Assembly: GCF_009914755.1 (NCBI RefSeq) | Contig: NC_060941.1 | Direction: 5' to 3' (one strand) | DNA: 64,000 nt | From: the human T2T-CHM13v2.0 reference genome, Homo sapiens | In this document: positions 15,163-34,359 of the stretch, one piece after another | How positions within the stretch are numbered: the first letter of the stretch is position 1 | Layout of the letters: each line of letters begins with the position of its first letter | Notes under the pieces: model-generated | What the model saw: only the letters and a program-made list of their open reading frames with translations | Told to the model about the DNA's origin: nothing | The model's database searches: none | Program-made: the position numbers and the translations under genes

Positions 15163-16151
15163 TTAGACAAAACACATAAAAGAGAACTGCAAAACCGCTC
15201 TAAAGGTCTCGAGGCAGCCCCTCTTCTGGTTGAAACATGCAATCTCCAAATGTTTCATTTTTATATAAACAGATTCTGCCTCAAATCCATTTTTTTGAAA
15301 GGGGCAAAGGAAGAGAGTCAAGGAAGGGAACGGGATGAGGAAGGAGGGAAGCAGAAGAGGAAGAAAGAAGGAGGCGGAGAAGGCAGAGCGGGAGGAGGTG
15401 GCACAGGAGGGAAGAAGGAAAACAGAGAAGAGGATTCAACGCTGGAGGAGCAAAGGGCCCTCACCCCGGCCGCCCGGCACCTCTAGCTGCTTCCGCATCT
15501 GCTCCAGGCCCTGCACAGCCCTCAGGCCGTCCGCCCTCCCTGAAGGTTGGGCCACGGGAGCCAAACCAGACAGGGCCCCTGGCCTAAGAGAGAAGGGGCT
15601 GTAAACCTCCCTGCAAAGAGTGCCGTGCTCCCTGGCAGCCGAGGATGACTCAGACAACTGCTAACGGGGTCTGTCTTCTGCCAGGTGTGTTGACAACGGT
15701 CTCCTTAGAAAAAGAATTTTCAGCACTGCACACGGCTGCACATTCCCCAGGCTGCGTAAAGCCCCGGGGTTGGGGGGGGGGCAGCACTCTGGAAGCCAGT
15801 TATTCCCACGAGACCAGGAGGTGGGGGGACGCCAAATGCCAGGTCCTTGGTGAGCCCAGTGGTCCTGTGGAGATGGGTCACACAGCCCGGCTCAGCCCAG
15901 GGCACCGAAGGAAGCCGGTGGCCAGCCTGTCAGCGGCAGTGGGACTTTGGCCAGGCCGGCCTGGGGCCCAAACTCATCATCAAGACCACGGCAGAGGCCG
16001 CCACCCTGTGAGATGGACAGCTCAAGGGCACAGCCTCGAGGCCCCGACTCCCCCACCCGTACCGCCCCCCAGACACCTCAACGCACTGGCAGCATTTGGC
16101 AGGCCCCCTTCACTCGGCAGGGTGATTCTCAAAACCCCAAGATGCTTATAG

Positions 16152-16488
<337 letters not shown>

Positions 16489-16814
16489 TGGGTTACCCAT
16501 TTTCACCCGAGCCTGTCAGAACACTCTGCCCTCACATGACTCAATCCACAAAATGACCAGCAGATCAAGCCACTGCCCCAGTGTAAGTCCAAAGACAGGC
16601 CAGGTGGAGGCGGCTCCCTTTGGGTGCAGGCAGGGGGTGTACCTGGCACTGCTCTGTGAAGGAATCTTTATACAAGCTCTTCAGCGGGAGAGAAACAAGT
16701 GAGATGGGACTGAGACCCCAGGGCACAGACAGACTCAAACAGGGAGCAGGACGTCCCCAGAGAAGCCCCACAGGATGTGCAGACCAGACACTCCAACAGC
16801 CAGGACCCTGCAGA

Positions 16815-17330
16815 GCGAGTGTGTGTGTGAGTCTGTGTGTGCACGTGTGTGTGATGGCGCGAGTGTGCATTGTGTGAGTGTAGGTGAGTGTAGGTGTGTG
16901 TGAGTGTGCATGTGTGTGACTGTAGGTGTGTGTGAGTGTAGGTGTGTGCACATATGAATGTAGGTGTTTGCATGTGAGTGTAGGGTGTGTGAGTGTAGGG
17001 TGCGTGAGTGAGAGTGTGCATATGTGTGAGTGTAGGTGTGTGCATGTGTGTAGGTGTGTGTGCGTGAGTGTAGGTGTGTGTGCGAGTGTGCATGTGTGAG
17101 TGTAGGTGTGTGCATGTGTGTAGGTGGGTGTGGGTGTGTGCGCACATGTGAATGTAGGTGTGTGCATGTGTGACTGTAGGTGTGTGCGTGTGTGAGTGTG
17201 CATATGTGTGAGTGTAGGTGTGCATGTTTGTAGGTGTGTGTGCACATGTGAATGTAGGTGTTTGCATGTGTGTAGGTTGTGTGCACGCGTGTGTGAATGT
17301 GTGAGCGTGTGTGTGCGTGTGTTCACACAC
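16815..17330. repeat. Degenerate (TG)n-rich simple repeat, ~0.5 kb
   Basis: gtgtaggtgtgtg / gtgtgcatgtgtg units. Confidence 0.93.
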
Positions 17331-17851
17331 CTGGAACACGTCCACTGAATGACACTGGAAGCCGTAACCACGGAATCACACAAAAGCTCAGAAATATTCA
17401 GAATTCAATCAAAAATACTGGTCAGAGTTTTGTGACGCTACAAAGCTTATGAACGAATGCACAGTTCCTTCAGAGGTATTTCGGCCCAGCCTGGCCACAT
17501 TTAAATATCCTCAGAGGCAAAGAAAGGCAAACTCCCATCAAGGGATGGTGCAGTCTAGGGAGGGTGGCTGGCTTCTAAGACTAGAGAGAAGCCAGAACTG
17601 ATACCAGTGAAACCAGGGACTGAGTGAGACGGGCTCTGAAGGAGAAACGGCCCCCGGCTTGGAGGACAAGGACAGGGCACCACAAATAGGGCCATCGACG
17701 CGGACGGAATGCCGCACGTGGGGCTCAGCCCAACCTCGAAGCGCTGAGAAGGCGCTTCCAAAGTGATATCCCTGGAATGATATAATGATTTCCTTAATAC
17801 GTGAGCATCTTTCAAAACTAGGAGGATCTGGAATTAAGTTTAGAAGTATGA

Positions 17852-18548
<697 letters not shown>

Positions 18549-19004
18549 GGCTGTCCTAGGGTACCTTATTAGTTTCAGGTGACCCCCTGGCCTGAGCGTT
18601 GGCCACCAGCAATACCGGCAACCCACGGGCCCTCACATCCAGGAAGGAACTCCGTACCTCAGAGAGGAAGATTCTGCTCCACGGATGATGAGGTGCTGGG
18701 AAAGAAAATGCCTCTATGTGGAAAGGCCTCCTGACCCAATGGAGCAGCAGAGAGGGGGCGCGGCAGCAGCTCCACTCTAAGTGACAAGTGTCCGTCTTCC
18801 AGGCCCTCGTACGAAATGACACGTACTCGGACCAACACTGTCGTGTTCGTGAAGACGTCATCACACTCCGCTCCTCAGATATGCCCAACTGTCCATCTCA
18901 TCCTGTCCACTCAAGGGCAGCACTGGGCCCCTCTCCTAGTGACTTCCCGTGGAGCTCAGTACGGAGAGTATGGGATGGTTAGCACGCACTCAATACATCA
19001 AATC

Positions 19005-19326
<322 letters not shown>

Positions 19327-19437
19327 CAGTAGTTACAAATTCAGCTGAGTCTTCTAGGTGCTAAAGCAAAGAAAATAATTGTGGTTCATAATGAAATTCA
19401 AAGTATACAAAAGATAAAAACAAAAGCCTGCCACCCG

Positions 19438-19978
19438 GTAGGTTTTGAAGGCGATGAGGCACTCACAGTTCAGCTGACATCCATCCATATGATGAGGGCC
19501 AGTGTCCACTCTAGATCCCTAAGCTCTGTAGGTTTTGAAGGCGACAAGGCACCCACAGTTCAGCTGACTTCCATCTGTATGATGAGGGCGAGTGTCCACT
19601 CTAGATCCCTAAGCTCTGTAGGTTTTGAAGGCGACGAGGCACTCACAGTTCAGCTGACACCCATCCGTACGATGAGGGCGAGTGTCCACTCTAGATCCCT
19701 AAGCTCTGTAGGTTTTGAAGGCGATGAGGCACTCACAGTTCAGCTGACTTCCATCCGTATGATGAGGGCGAGTGTCCACTCTAGATCCCTAAGCTCTGTA
19801 GGTTTTGAAGGCGATGAGGCACTCACAGTTCAGCTGACTTCCATCCGTATGATGAGGGCGAGTGTCCACTCTAGATCCCTAAGCTCTGTAGGTTTTGAAG
19901 GCGATGAGGCACCCACAGTTCAGCTGACATCCATCCGTACAATGAGGGCCAGTGTCCACTCTAGATCCCTAAGCTCTG
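19438..19978. repeat. 90-bp minisatellite, 6 near-identical copies
   Basis: gtaggttttgaaggcga... recurs every 90 bp from 19438. Confidence 0.97.
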
Positions 19979-20859
19979 CAAAGCGCAGGGCCTGTTATCT
20001 GTTTTATTCAAGATAAAAACGTTCTTCTTGGCCTGAACGTTTAACGTGCCTCCGGATCATGTGTGAGGGGTGCTCCAAGACCCAGCCACGTCAAACAGAG
20101 TCACACTTTGTACACACCTGTGCACACACGTGCACACACAGAGGCCAGTAGGGAGGATAAGAGGGGCCTGAATGTGACCGGCGGGCCTTTGTTAGGGGAG
20201 TCGGAGGAAGACACACATCAGAGACCATCACCTCCTGGTGTATAAGGGGAACAGGGATTAGAAGAAACCCAGGATATCTCTGTATGGAGAAAGGATGGAA
20301 AATCCACAGCCATCAGGAGGGGCAGGACACGGCGCTCGGTAACGCTTGGGAGAGACCTGGGCCCTACGTAGCTGACTAGCATCTCACCTGTAGCCCCTCC
20401 AAGGGCCTCTGGTTGCAACTGGAAGCTGAGGCCGAAACCCCTTCCCACTGTCCAGTTACAATCAGGCAGTCACGTCGCTTTTAATTAACACAGAGTCGTT
20501 CTGGGGACGAAGACCTGAATCCCATGGATTAGAAGGACAAAGTACAACCCATGTATTTTTTTAAAGTGCAAAATGCTTACAGCCCCCCAGACCTTCACTG
20601 TCCCTGTCATGGTCTCTAAGGAGAGTGCCCTGTGAGGACCAGGCCAGGTCTATCCTGTGACGTTGCAGCCAAGATCCTTCTGCAAGAAAACGTGTCGGCC
20701 GGGCCTCTGCACGTGCGGTTCCGTCTGCCGGGACCTTCCCTCCACCATCTGCTTGGTCCGTTCCTACTTGGTTTCCAGATCCCCTGGGGCATCCTTGGTC
20801 TTCTCTGGTCTCCCCGACGAGGCCAAATCTCCCTACCCCAGCACTGGCGGCTTCGCATT

Positions 20860-21055
20860 CAAAGCACTCACAGTTCAACTGACATCCATCTGCACGATTA
20901 GGGTGAGTCTCCGCTCTAGACCTATACGCTCTGCAAAGGGCAGGACCTGTATCTGTTTTATTCAAGTCTGTGACTCCAATCCCAGGCAGAATGCAATGGC
21001 ATCCAGTCAGCCCTCAGTAAAGACATTCACTCAGCAATGAACGAATAAATGAATT
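20860..21055 (+). mobile_element. L2 3'-end fragment, homologous to the 90-bp VNTR unit
   Basis: ctagac...gctctgcaaagggcaggacc...tctgttttattca...aatgaacgaataaatgaa resembles the L2 3' terminus. Confidence 0.65.
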
Positions 21056-21389
21056 AAGAGATGGGAAGCCCTCCTGACCCCCACACAGTGGTAATTCAGC
21101 CAGCTATTCAGGACCACTGGCGTAGGGGCATCCCGAAACTTATCTCAACAAACACAGCTCCTACCCCCAGGCACGGGCACCTTAAGTGTCTCTGCAGAGG
21201 GCCAGGCAGGAGTAAGCGCTGACCTCCTTGGCATCTCCAACTTGGGGCCTTTTCTTCTGGTCCACTAGGCAACATCATGTCCCTCAACTTTTGTTTGGAA
21301 AGCAAACGCTTTCATTTATGCTGTTAACAGGAGGCAGCAGCACCCCCCGACACACCCCAAATTCCCCTAGGATTAACGAATGGATCTAG

Positions 21390-21552
21390 ACTATTAATAC
21401 TCCAAGTGTGGTCCATGGGCTGGCAACATCAGCACTGCCTGGAGGCTGCTCAGAAACAGTCTCTCAGCTCCCGCTTAGCCCCACCAAATCCAAATCTCCA
21501 TTTTCAGATCTCCAGGTGATTCTCATATGTACTTGGGATTGAGAAGCACCAA
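21390..21552. mobile_element. MER5A-like hAT-Charlie MITE
   Basis: caagtgtggtcc...catcagcac...ccaggtgattc...ttgagaagcac pattern. Confidence 0.6.
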
Positions 21553-21649
21553 TCTAAAATTAAATATTATTTTTTTTAAAACTTCTGCTCCAAACAAACC
21601 CATATATGTATTCTAAATGGTGAAGAAAAAAGGTCAAAGAGCCTAATGA

Positions 21650-23508
<1,859 letters not shown>

Positions 23509-23699
23509 GACAATACTTATTTTTTAAAAATGGCTTAGAATTCACACCATGAAAATTCTACACTGCTGAGAAACATGAAAGGCACATGAATATTCATGGA
23601 AATAATGATGCTCTTCTTCTTAAAGGAAAGCCAAAGACACGGTGAGCTCAGGTGAGCAGGTTCCAGGAGCCACACGGAGCCGGGGCCTGGAGCGCCTAC

Positions 23700-23806
23700 C
23701 TTGGATTCCGTACAGCCGGTTGAGGCGCGACCGCCGGGCCTCATCCGTGTAGGGGACGGCGAGCCAGGGCATCTCACTGAAGTACTGTTTGAAGGACTCC
23801 TCCGAC
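23700..23806 (-). CDS. NXN: NXN exon 5 (107 nt, phase 2-1): (R)SEESFKQYFSEMPWLAVPYTDEARRSRLNRLYGIQ(G)
   Basis: Acceptor gtgtctctctgtag|GTCGGA and donor CCAAG|gtaggc; peptide is inside ORF 23620..23820. Confidence 0.97.
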
Positions 23807-24209
23807 CTACAGAGAGACACACGTGGCGGGCAAGGCTCAGTATCCCCACTGCACCAACGCTGAATCCTCCCACCTCTGCCGAGTTCTGCCCAGGGATTCT
23901 GCAGAAGCCGGGGTTTCTAACCACTGTGCTCCTTAGGCAACAGGCTATGGGAGTGTGTTATTCTACCCCGGCTGGTGTCCACCAAGAAGCAAATGCCTCC
24001 ACACAGCAGGTGGGTGCCGGCTAAGACGCCAGCCCACTTCAGCAGCTCCCATCCAGGCAACGCAACTCAGGTCCAACTTTCCATTTCTCAGCACAGACAG
24101 GTCTTTCTTGCCTCAGAGCTCAGATGTGCACAGCCACTGCATACCCGCGGGAGTTCTAATTTGTGCACGGAACAGTGACTCATATGGGACCTCAAATTTA
24201 AACCAACCA

Positions 24210-24580
24210 TATACCTATGATTCCCCATGTAAAAAACCCTAGGAAAGGCACACCTACTCAAGCGGCAGAAGCGGATCAGGGGATCCCAGGGCTGGGTTTA
24301 TAGGTAGAGACAGACCCATGTGGGGCTGGGGTTTATGAGCGGAGACCGACCCAAGGAACCTACGGAGTGATGAAAATGTTCCGTGTCTTGTCTGTGATGA
24401 TGGTGGTTACGTGGTACGTACATCAGTCAGCTGAACTGTGTACCTTTGTTCCGTGCCTTGTCTGTGATGATGGTGGTAACATGGTACGTACATTGGTCAG
24501 CTGAACTGTGTACCTTAAATGCATGCATTTTACAATATATACATTATGCCTCAATAAAGTTGATGCTTAAAACTTTAAAA
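24210..24580 (+). mobile_element. Old L1 (L1M-type) 3' UTR end with an internal 70-bp tandem duplication (24377-24516)
   Basis: gtgatgaaaatgttc...gaactgtgtacc...cctcaataaagttgat is typical of L1MC/ME 3' ends. Confidence 0.7.
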
Positions 24581-24589
24581 AAGGGACTG

Positions 24590-25210
<621 letters not shown>

Positions 25211-25243
25211 AACTGACTGCTGCACCTGGCACGGCTTCACGCT

Positions 25244-25386
25244 GAGACGGGAGCTGTGGCATGGCAGAGACGGGAGCTGTGGCATGGCAGAGACGGGGAG
25301 CTGCGGCACGGCAGAGACGGGGAGCTGTGGCATGGCAGAGACGGGAGCTGTGGCACGGCAGAGGCGGGAGCTGTGGCATGGCAGAG
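25244..25386. repeat. 23-24 bp minisatellite, ~6 copies (gagacgggagctgtggcatggca)
   Basis: Read directly. Confidence 0.93.
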
Positions 25387-25736
25387 CAGGACTGCGGGCC
25401 AATAAGCCAAGCCCAGGATGGTGTGGACACCGCAGATACAACAATGTACAAAGTGCCCTGTGTGTGCCGGCATCTCGGATCCTTTTGGGAACAGGAACAT
25501 AAGCGGCAGAGGCCACTGGTGACTCAGTCTAAACTGGGGCGGGAGTTTTGAGGTGAAGGAAATTCACTGATAAGTGAGGCCTTAGAGAGGGCAATAAGCA
25601 GAGGAAACTGAGGCTCAGAGGAGCTGACTGACTCCGGGAAGAATGCCTGTTTTGTGATTCCTTATCCGCGTGTATCCGTGTACATTCAAATAGCACCAGA
25701 CACAGCAAAGGGCCAGAGCTGAGATAACAGCCATCC

Positions 25737-26578
<842 letters not shown>

Positions 26579-26617
26579 CTACAGAAAAGGGGCCCAGCAC
26601 TTCACGGCACGACTGAC

Positions 26618-26718
26618 CTGTCTGCACTAACGAAGATGATCTCGAAGTTCTGGCCTGCCTCCTTGATCTTCCGGTAGGATTCCACCAGGACCCGGGTGAG
26701 GCTTCGGCAGGGCGGACA
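26618..26718 (-). CDS. NXN: NXN exon 4 (101 nt, phase 0-2): CPPCRSLTRVLVESYRKIKEAGQNFEIIFVSAD(R); thioredoxin-type CXXC active site
   Basis: Acceptor cctgtctttcag|TGTCCGCCCTGC and donor GACAG|gtcagt. Translated by hand. Confidence 0.97.
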
Positions 26719-27078
26719 CTGAAAGACAGGACAGCAAGACCCGCTGCGTCACGCTGCTTCTCCACCTCCCAGCCACTCACCATCCAAGGCCGGGTTAGCA
26801 GGACTCAAGCAGGACTGGGACAGCAAAATCCCGTTCATGAAAGGGGTGGAAATGAGATGGGTATGGTGGCTACCTGGGAGGCTGAGGTCAGAAGATCGCT
26901 TGAGCCCAGGAGTTTGAGGCCAGCCTGGGCAACACAGCAAGACCTAGCCTCCTGCATGAGGCAAAAATAAACTTGCCTCTCTTAATGGTGGGCATCTGGC
27001 ACAAGCACCCGCATTGTCCCTATGCAGTGTGTGAGCGGGTAGCATGAACTCATCCACATGGATTGAGAGAAATATCCA

Positions 27079-27691
<613 letters not shown>

Positions 27692-27892
27692 TCAGTCAAA
27701 GAAGTCATTTCTTGCTGCTTTTTTCATTCATAATCATAAGCACTATTCAACCAGGCCTCGGGCACAGGAGAAGGCCAGAAGGCCGGGAAATTCCTGCCTG
27801 GGTGTCTCACCCCCAGAAGCCAACCACAGCTGGGCCTGCTGGGAACATCACTGCTTCCTTCTGTCTGAGCCAAAGGGGGTCCAAACACTCAC

Positions 27893-28026
27893 CCAATGTG
27901 CGGAGAAATAGACGCCCACGTGAGACCCCTCCAGGCTGCTGCTCTCCAGAGACTGCCCATTGTTTCTAAGCAAGGGCCCTGCAATGACTTCCCTGAAGGG
28001 TTTCGGTCCCCAGGGGAACTCCAGAC
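27893..28026 (-). CDS. NXN: NXN exon 3 (134 nt, phase 1-0): (G)LEFPWGPKPFREVIAGPLLRNNGQSLESSSLEGSHVGVYFSAHW
   Basis: Acceptor gttttctgtttcag|GTCTGG and donor CATTGG|gtgagt. Translated by hand (not in the ORF track). Confidence 0.97.
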
Positions 28027-28064
28027 CTGAAACAGAAAACAGATGGTAAAAGAGGGCTTAGACC

Positions 28065-28148
28065 CTTCTTGATGACCTGGGACCCAGGAGACTTCAGAGC
28101 GGTTAAGACTCTTCTTGATGACCTGGGACCCGGGAGACCTCAGAGCGG
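28065..28148. repeat. 46-bp-period tandem duplication next to the exon 3 acceptor
   Basis: cttcttgatgacctgggacc...cagagcgg at 28065 and 28111. Confidence 0.9.
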
Positions 28149-28210
28149 CAGGCGTGACAAGATAATCATCAAACAGTACTTGTCAACACACCTACAGCGT
28201 CTGCAGCTAA

Positions 28211-28607
<397 letters not shown>

Positions 28608-29212
28608 CTTCCAGGGGCTTTTGAAAAGTACAAACGCCCAGGCCACATCCTGAGGCTGGAGACCCAGGGGCAACGCAAAGATGTACGTGCAAAATGAAAC
28701 AGGCTCCCCAGAACTGACGAGGGACTCGGTTTGGGAATCATCGCCTCGGGGCCTCGGGAATCAACCCGATACCCGGGATTGTGGATTCACATCCCGGCCG
28801 TCACATCCCAGCGGCTGTCAGCTCTGACTGTACTTGGAATCAGCTGGGGAGTTTAAAATACCACGCTCCTGGGCCCCACGCCCAGAGATTCTGATTCTAT
28901 TGCTCTTGATGGGCTCAGGGAGCCAAGTGAGAATTTAAGTCTAATAAAAGAAAAGAGTAAAACCCACCCAGCCCAGATGGTCCATGTTCTGATGACACCT
29001 AAGCTCCAGGTAGGGGGAGTTGAGAATACGCTTCCCGCTCAACTGAACCACGTTTTCTCACAGGGTGGTCCAAGGACCTGCTGCCTCAAAGTCGCTTGGG
29101 GGCTGGGAAGGAGGAGCACAGGCTGGTTGAAAATGCAGGTGGTCGGGCCTCCCCGGAAACAAGAGGGATCCACAATGCTCTGGAGGTCGGGCTCGGGATC
29201 CACACGGGGACC

Positions 29213-29505
29213 AGGCTCTGCGGCTCAGCCCCACGATCCCAGCACTTTGGGAGGCCGAGGTGGGCGGATTGCTTGAGCTCAAAAGTTTTGAGACCAGCCT
29301 GGGCAAGCCTAGGGAGACCCCGTCTCTACAAATAATAAAAAATTAGCTGGGTGTGGCGGTGCACGCCAGTAGTCCCAGCTACACGGGAGGATGAGTTGAG
29401 CTCAGGAGGTCGAGGCTGCAGTGAACCGGGATCATGCCACAGCACTCGGCCTGGGCGACAGAGGGAGATAGTGTCTCAAGAGAAAAAAAAAAAAAAAAAA
29501 GAAAA
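29213..29505 (+). mobile_element. Alu (AluJ-like)
   Basis: Diverged dimeric Alu. Confidence 0.8.
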
Positions 29506-30221
29506 GCTTCACGCTTGGTTCCACCATGCCGTGGTTTTTACTGAGGACAATTCTTTGAAGTAGGTGGCATTTTTACTGGGAAAATGTGTGAGCGGGGTTG
29601 AATCTTCTCACTGGACGGATTAAGTGAGGGGAGGAGATCTCACAGCCCTGTTCTCACTCACTGCCAGAGGGAAAGACGCCACGCGGACGGCCCTGAGCGG
29701 GGCGGCTGGAGGAGCACAGCCCACGCGTAGCCAGCAAGACCAAGGCCCGCAGGGAGTGACAGCTCCAAGCAACGAGGTGCACTCACCGCCAAGGCCAGGA
29801 GAGTGACACGGGGGCTGGGACTTCGCTATGTAATGTTTTAAAGAGGAAAAACCCCACTCAGCCTGCCTCTAACTGTGAAGGGGGCAGCCGCCACGGATGC
29901 AGCACTAGAGGCCGGGGTCTGAGCTCTCCGCTTTCCCACAGCCTCTGCGGCCCTCCAAGCGGAGCTTCTTACGGCAGAGTCCATCTCTTTTGGCCCATGA
30001 ATTAAAGCCCCTAGGAGGGACATTCTGATCCCTGTGAAAATCTTAAAACCATGTCCTAGGGAATACTATGATTTCACCAAGACGACATTCTCTACCACGT
30101 AAACCCACGTGTATCTATTTCACCAGTACTCTCTCCACCGGTGGGACGGAGATTAGCCTAAGGGCATGGAGGAGGGAGGGCTGGGTAATAAGAGGACCAT
30201 ATGCACGGGCTGAGGTTTTAC

Positions 30222-30339
30222 CTTCTGGGTCATCTCGGATCACCAGCAGCCCGTTCCTGCACACAACCTTCCCAGTGGTGGCGTCGAGGAATATTAGTGA
30301 TGGAATGTTGGAAATTCGGTATTTGTTCCAAAGTTTGAG
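30222..30339 (-). CDS. NXN: NXN exon 2 (118 nt, phase 0-1): LKLWNKYRISNIPSLIFLDATTGKVVCRNGLLVIRDDPE(G)
   Basis: Acceptor cttttcttcatacag|CTCAAA and donor GAAG|gtaaaa on the minus strand; peptide is inside ORF 30115..30357. Confidence 0.97.
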
Positions 30340-30510
30340 CTGTATGAAGAAAAGCAAAAGAAGGTGGTTAAGTCCAAACCAGATTCATTGCAGAGTTCTT
30401 TTGAGCCCCTTAGGTCTGGAGGCTGGATGAACAGGCAAGCATTCAAGCACACAGAAAAGAATAATGGATGCCAAGCAGGGCTGCTGGGCAAAGGGGCACG
30501 TTAACTACAA

Positions 30511-30683
30511 TCCCACTGCCCCCCGGGGTCTGTGACAGTGCGGGGGGCTCCGAGGAGGGAGGTGATGGTCCCACTGCCCCCCGGGGTCTGCGACAGTGTG
30601 GGGGACTTGGAGGTGGAGGCTGATGACCCCACTGGCCCCCATAGTCTGCAACAGCATAGGGGACTCAGAGGCGGAGGCTGATG
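30511..30683. repeat. ~58-bp degenerate tandem repeat, 3 copies
   Basis: cccactg(g)ccccc...gtctg.gacag at 30511, 30569 and ~30627. Confidence 0.8.
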
Positions 30684-31335
30684 GAGGACCACACTCATCC
30701 TGGAGAGTACTACCCTTCCACGTCTCTAAAAATCACAAAGATGAAGATGGATTCCACATCTTCAGAACACAATCAGACCACCAGGTGGTTAAGGAAGGAA
30801 GGGAAGGTTTTCACGAGAGCCTCGCCACCCTGGCAGCAGGCAACAGCAGCCGCTCTCCACGGCCCCTTCCCCTCAAGGGAGAAGAGACGGGTTTTCTGAC
30901 AGAAGGCCACGGAGTTAACATCTGCCCCCTCAGCCCTTCACCAGGTCCCTCAGCCCTTCACCAGGTCCCTGCACTTGAAATATCACAGTCGTCGTTACGT
31001 TCAGCCCACAAAGCACCAGGGAAGCAATGCCCAGGGCCAGCCCCAACCCTCGGCTCTCGGTGCCGCGTAAAACACGCTTCAGTCTACTGTCAGATTCTTG
31101 AGGTTGGCTGTGCACACGGTCAGAGGTCCAGGGTCTAAGAGGAATAAAGCTGACAAAATGTCAATGCAAAGCCCAGGGCTGGAAGCCAAGCGTGGGCGGC
31201 CTCTGTTCGCCATCGGGGTGAAGCCTCCTGTGTTCGTTCACTGCCGTCGGGGTGAACGCCATATGGGCAGGTGACTGGGTGCTCTCGAACCTCCCCGCCA
31301 AGCCCAAAAAGCCACATAATTAAATGCAATGTCGG

Positions 31336-31972
<637 letters not shown>

Positions 31973-32125
31973 TTAGGCCGTTCGGCTCTGAGCCTCCCTG
32001 CTGGGGGCTTGAGGGTCCCGGCAGGAAGGCTACGCCCTTGGGCAGAACAGGGCAAGGATGTGTGGCAGCCAAGCAGGCATGAGAAGGGCAGCAGCAGAGG
32101 GAAGAGGGCATTGGTGGTGGGATGA

Positions 32126-32962
<837 letters not shown>

Positions 32963-33400
32963 CCAGTTTTTAAATTCCACGATGGCATCATTCCAGAGAA
33001 ACTTGGTACAGAATTCAGATTAAACATCCTTAAGAGGTTCAACAACAGAACAAGACCATCCTGCCACGGGGATCAGCTTCATAAGTTTGCTGTACAAGGA
33101 CTGAGTCAGGTTAATTTTTTTTAGAAAAGGAAGATTAAAATGATTGAATTTTTCTGGTTTAAAAAGGAATTCTTGGAGAAAAAAAATCACTGGAAAAAAG
33201 TCGGGAAACAGCAAAACCACACAAATTGGGATTGAAAATTACCCATGACTCACCGCTCAGGAAAGCTCAGACCGTTTTATATTTTTCCACCAGTGGCAAA
33301 TGAGAGAGCCCATTTCCCAACCTTCACCAACATTATCACTGTCATTCATTTTTCCAGTTCGCTAGGGGGAAAAAATGACAAGTCATTTTTGTTGCTTATC

Positions 33401-33713
33401 CTTTTTTTTTTTTTTAGGGGGGCGGGGTGGTGGGGCAAACAGAGTCTCGCTCTGTTGCCCAGGCTGGAGTACAGTGGCACGATCTTGGCTCACTGCAACC
33501 TCTGCCTCCCGGGTTCAACGAATTCTCTGCCTCAGCCTCCCGAGTAGCTGGGATTACAGGCATGCACCACCTTGCCGGCTAATTTTTCTATTTTTAGTAG
33601 AGATCGGGTTTCACCACATTGGCCAGGTTGGTCTCGAACTCCTGACCTCAGGTGATCCGCCCACCTCGGCCTCCCAAAGTGCTGGGATTACAGGTGTGAG
33701 CCACCGTGCTCGG
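33401..33713 (-). mobile_element. Alu inserted at the tail of an L1PA
   Basis: Antisense Alu lying between the L1 TSD and the L1 poly-T. Confidence 0.88.
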
Positions 33714-33719
33714 ACTATC

Positions 33720-34359
33720 TTTTTTTTTTTTTTTTTAAAGTTCTGGGATACATGTGCAGAATGTGCAGGTTTGTTACGTAGGAATACATGTGCCATGGTA
33801 GTTTGCTGCACCCATCAACCTGTCATCAAGGTTTTAAGCCCCGCATGCATTAGGTATTTCTCCTAATGCTATCCCTCCCCTAGGCCCCCACCTGCCAACA
33901 GGCCCCAGTGTGTGATGTTCCCCTCCCTGTGTCCACGTGTTTTCATTGTTCAACTCCCATTTATGAGTGAGAACATGCAGTGTTTGGTTTTCTGTTGCTG
34001 TGTTAGTTTGCTGAGAATGATGTCTTCCAGCTTCATCCATGTCCCTGCAAAGGACATGAACTCATTCTTTTTTATGGCTGTATAGTATTCCATGGTGTAT
34101 ATGTGCCACATTTTCTTTATCCAGTCTATCATTGATGGGCATTTGGGTTGGTTCCAAGTCTTTGCTATCGTAAACAGTGCTGCAATAAACATACGTGTGC
34201 ATGTGTCTTTACAGAAGAATGATTTACAATCCTTTGGGTATACACCCAGTAATGGGATTGCTGGGTCAAATGGTGTTTTTGGTTCTAGATCCCTGAGGAA
34301 TCACCACACTGTCCTCCACAATGGTTGAACTAATTGACCCTCCCACCAACAGTGTCAAA
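33720..34359 (-). mobile_element. 5'-truncated L1PA element (ORF2 C-terminus plus 3' UTR)
   Basis: ORF 33950..34192 (MFIAALFTIAKTWNQPKCPS...) is the L1 ORF2p C-terminus; TSD gttgcttatc at 33391-33400 and 34360-34369. Confidence 0.95.

Noticed and set aside
16565-17383. His/Thr-rich ORFs of 183-272 aa
   Set aside because: Translations of the TG/CA simple repeat.
19381-20016. 211-aa ORF with a 30-aa repeat
   Set aside because: Results from a 90-bp (multiple of three) repeat lacking a stop in one frame. GTG start, antisense within an intron, L2-derived, no exon context.
33950-34192. 80-aa ORF as an independent gene
   Set aside because: C-terminal remnant of L1 ORF2p in a 5'-truncated element.
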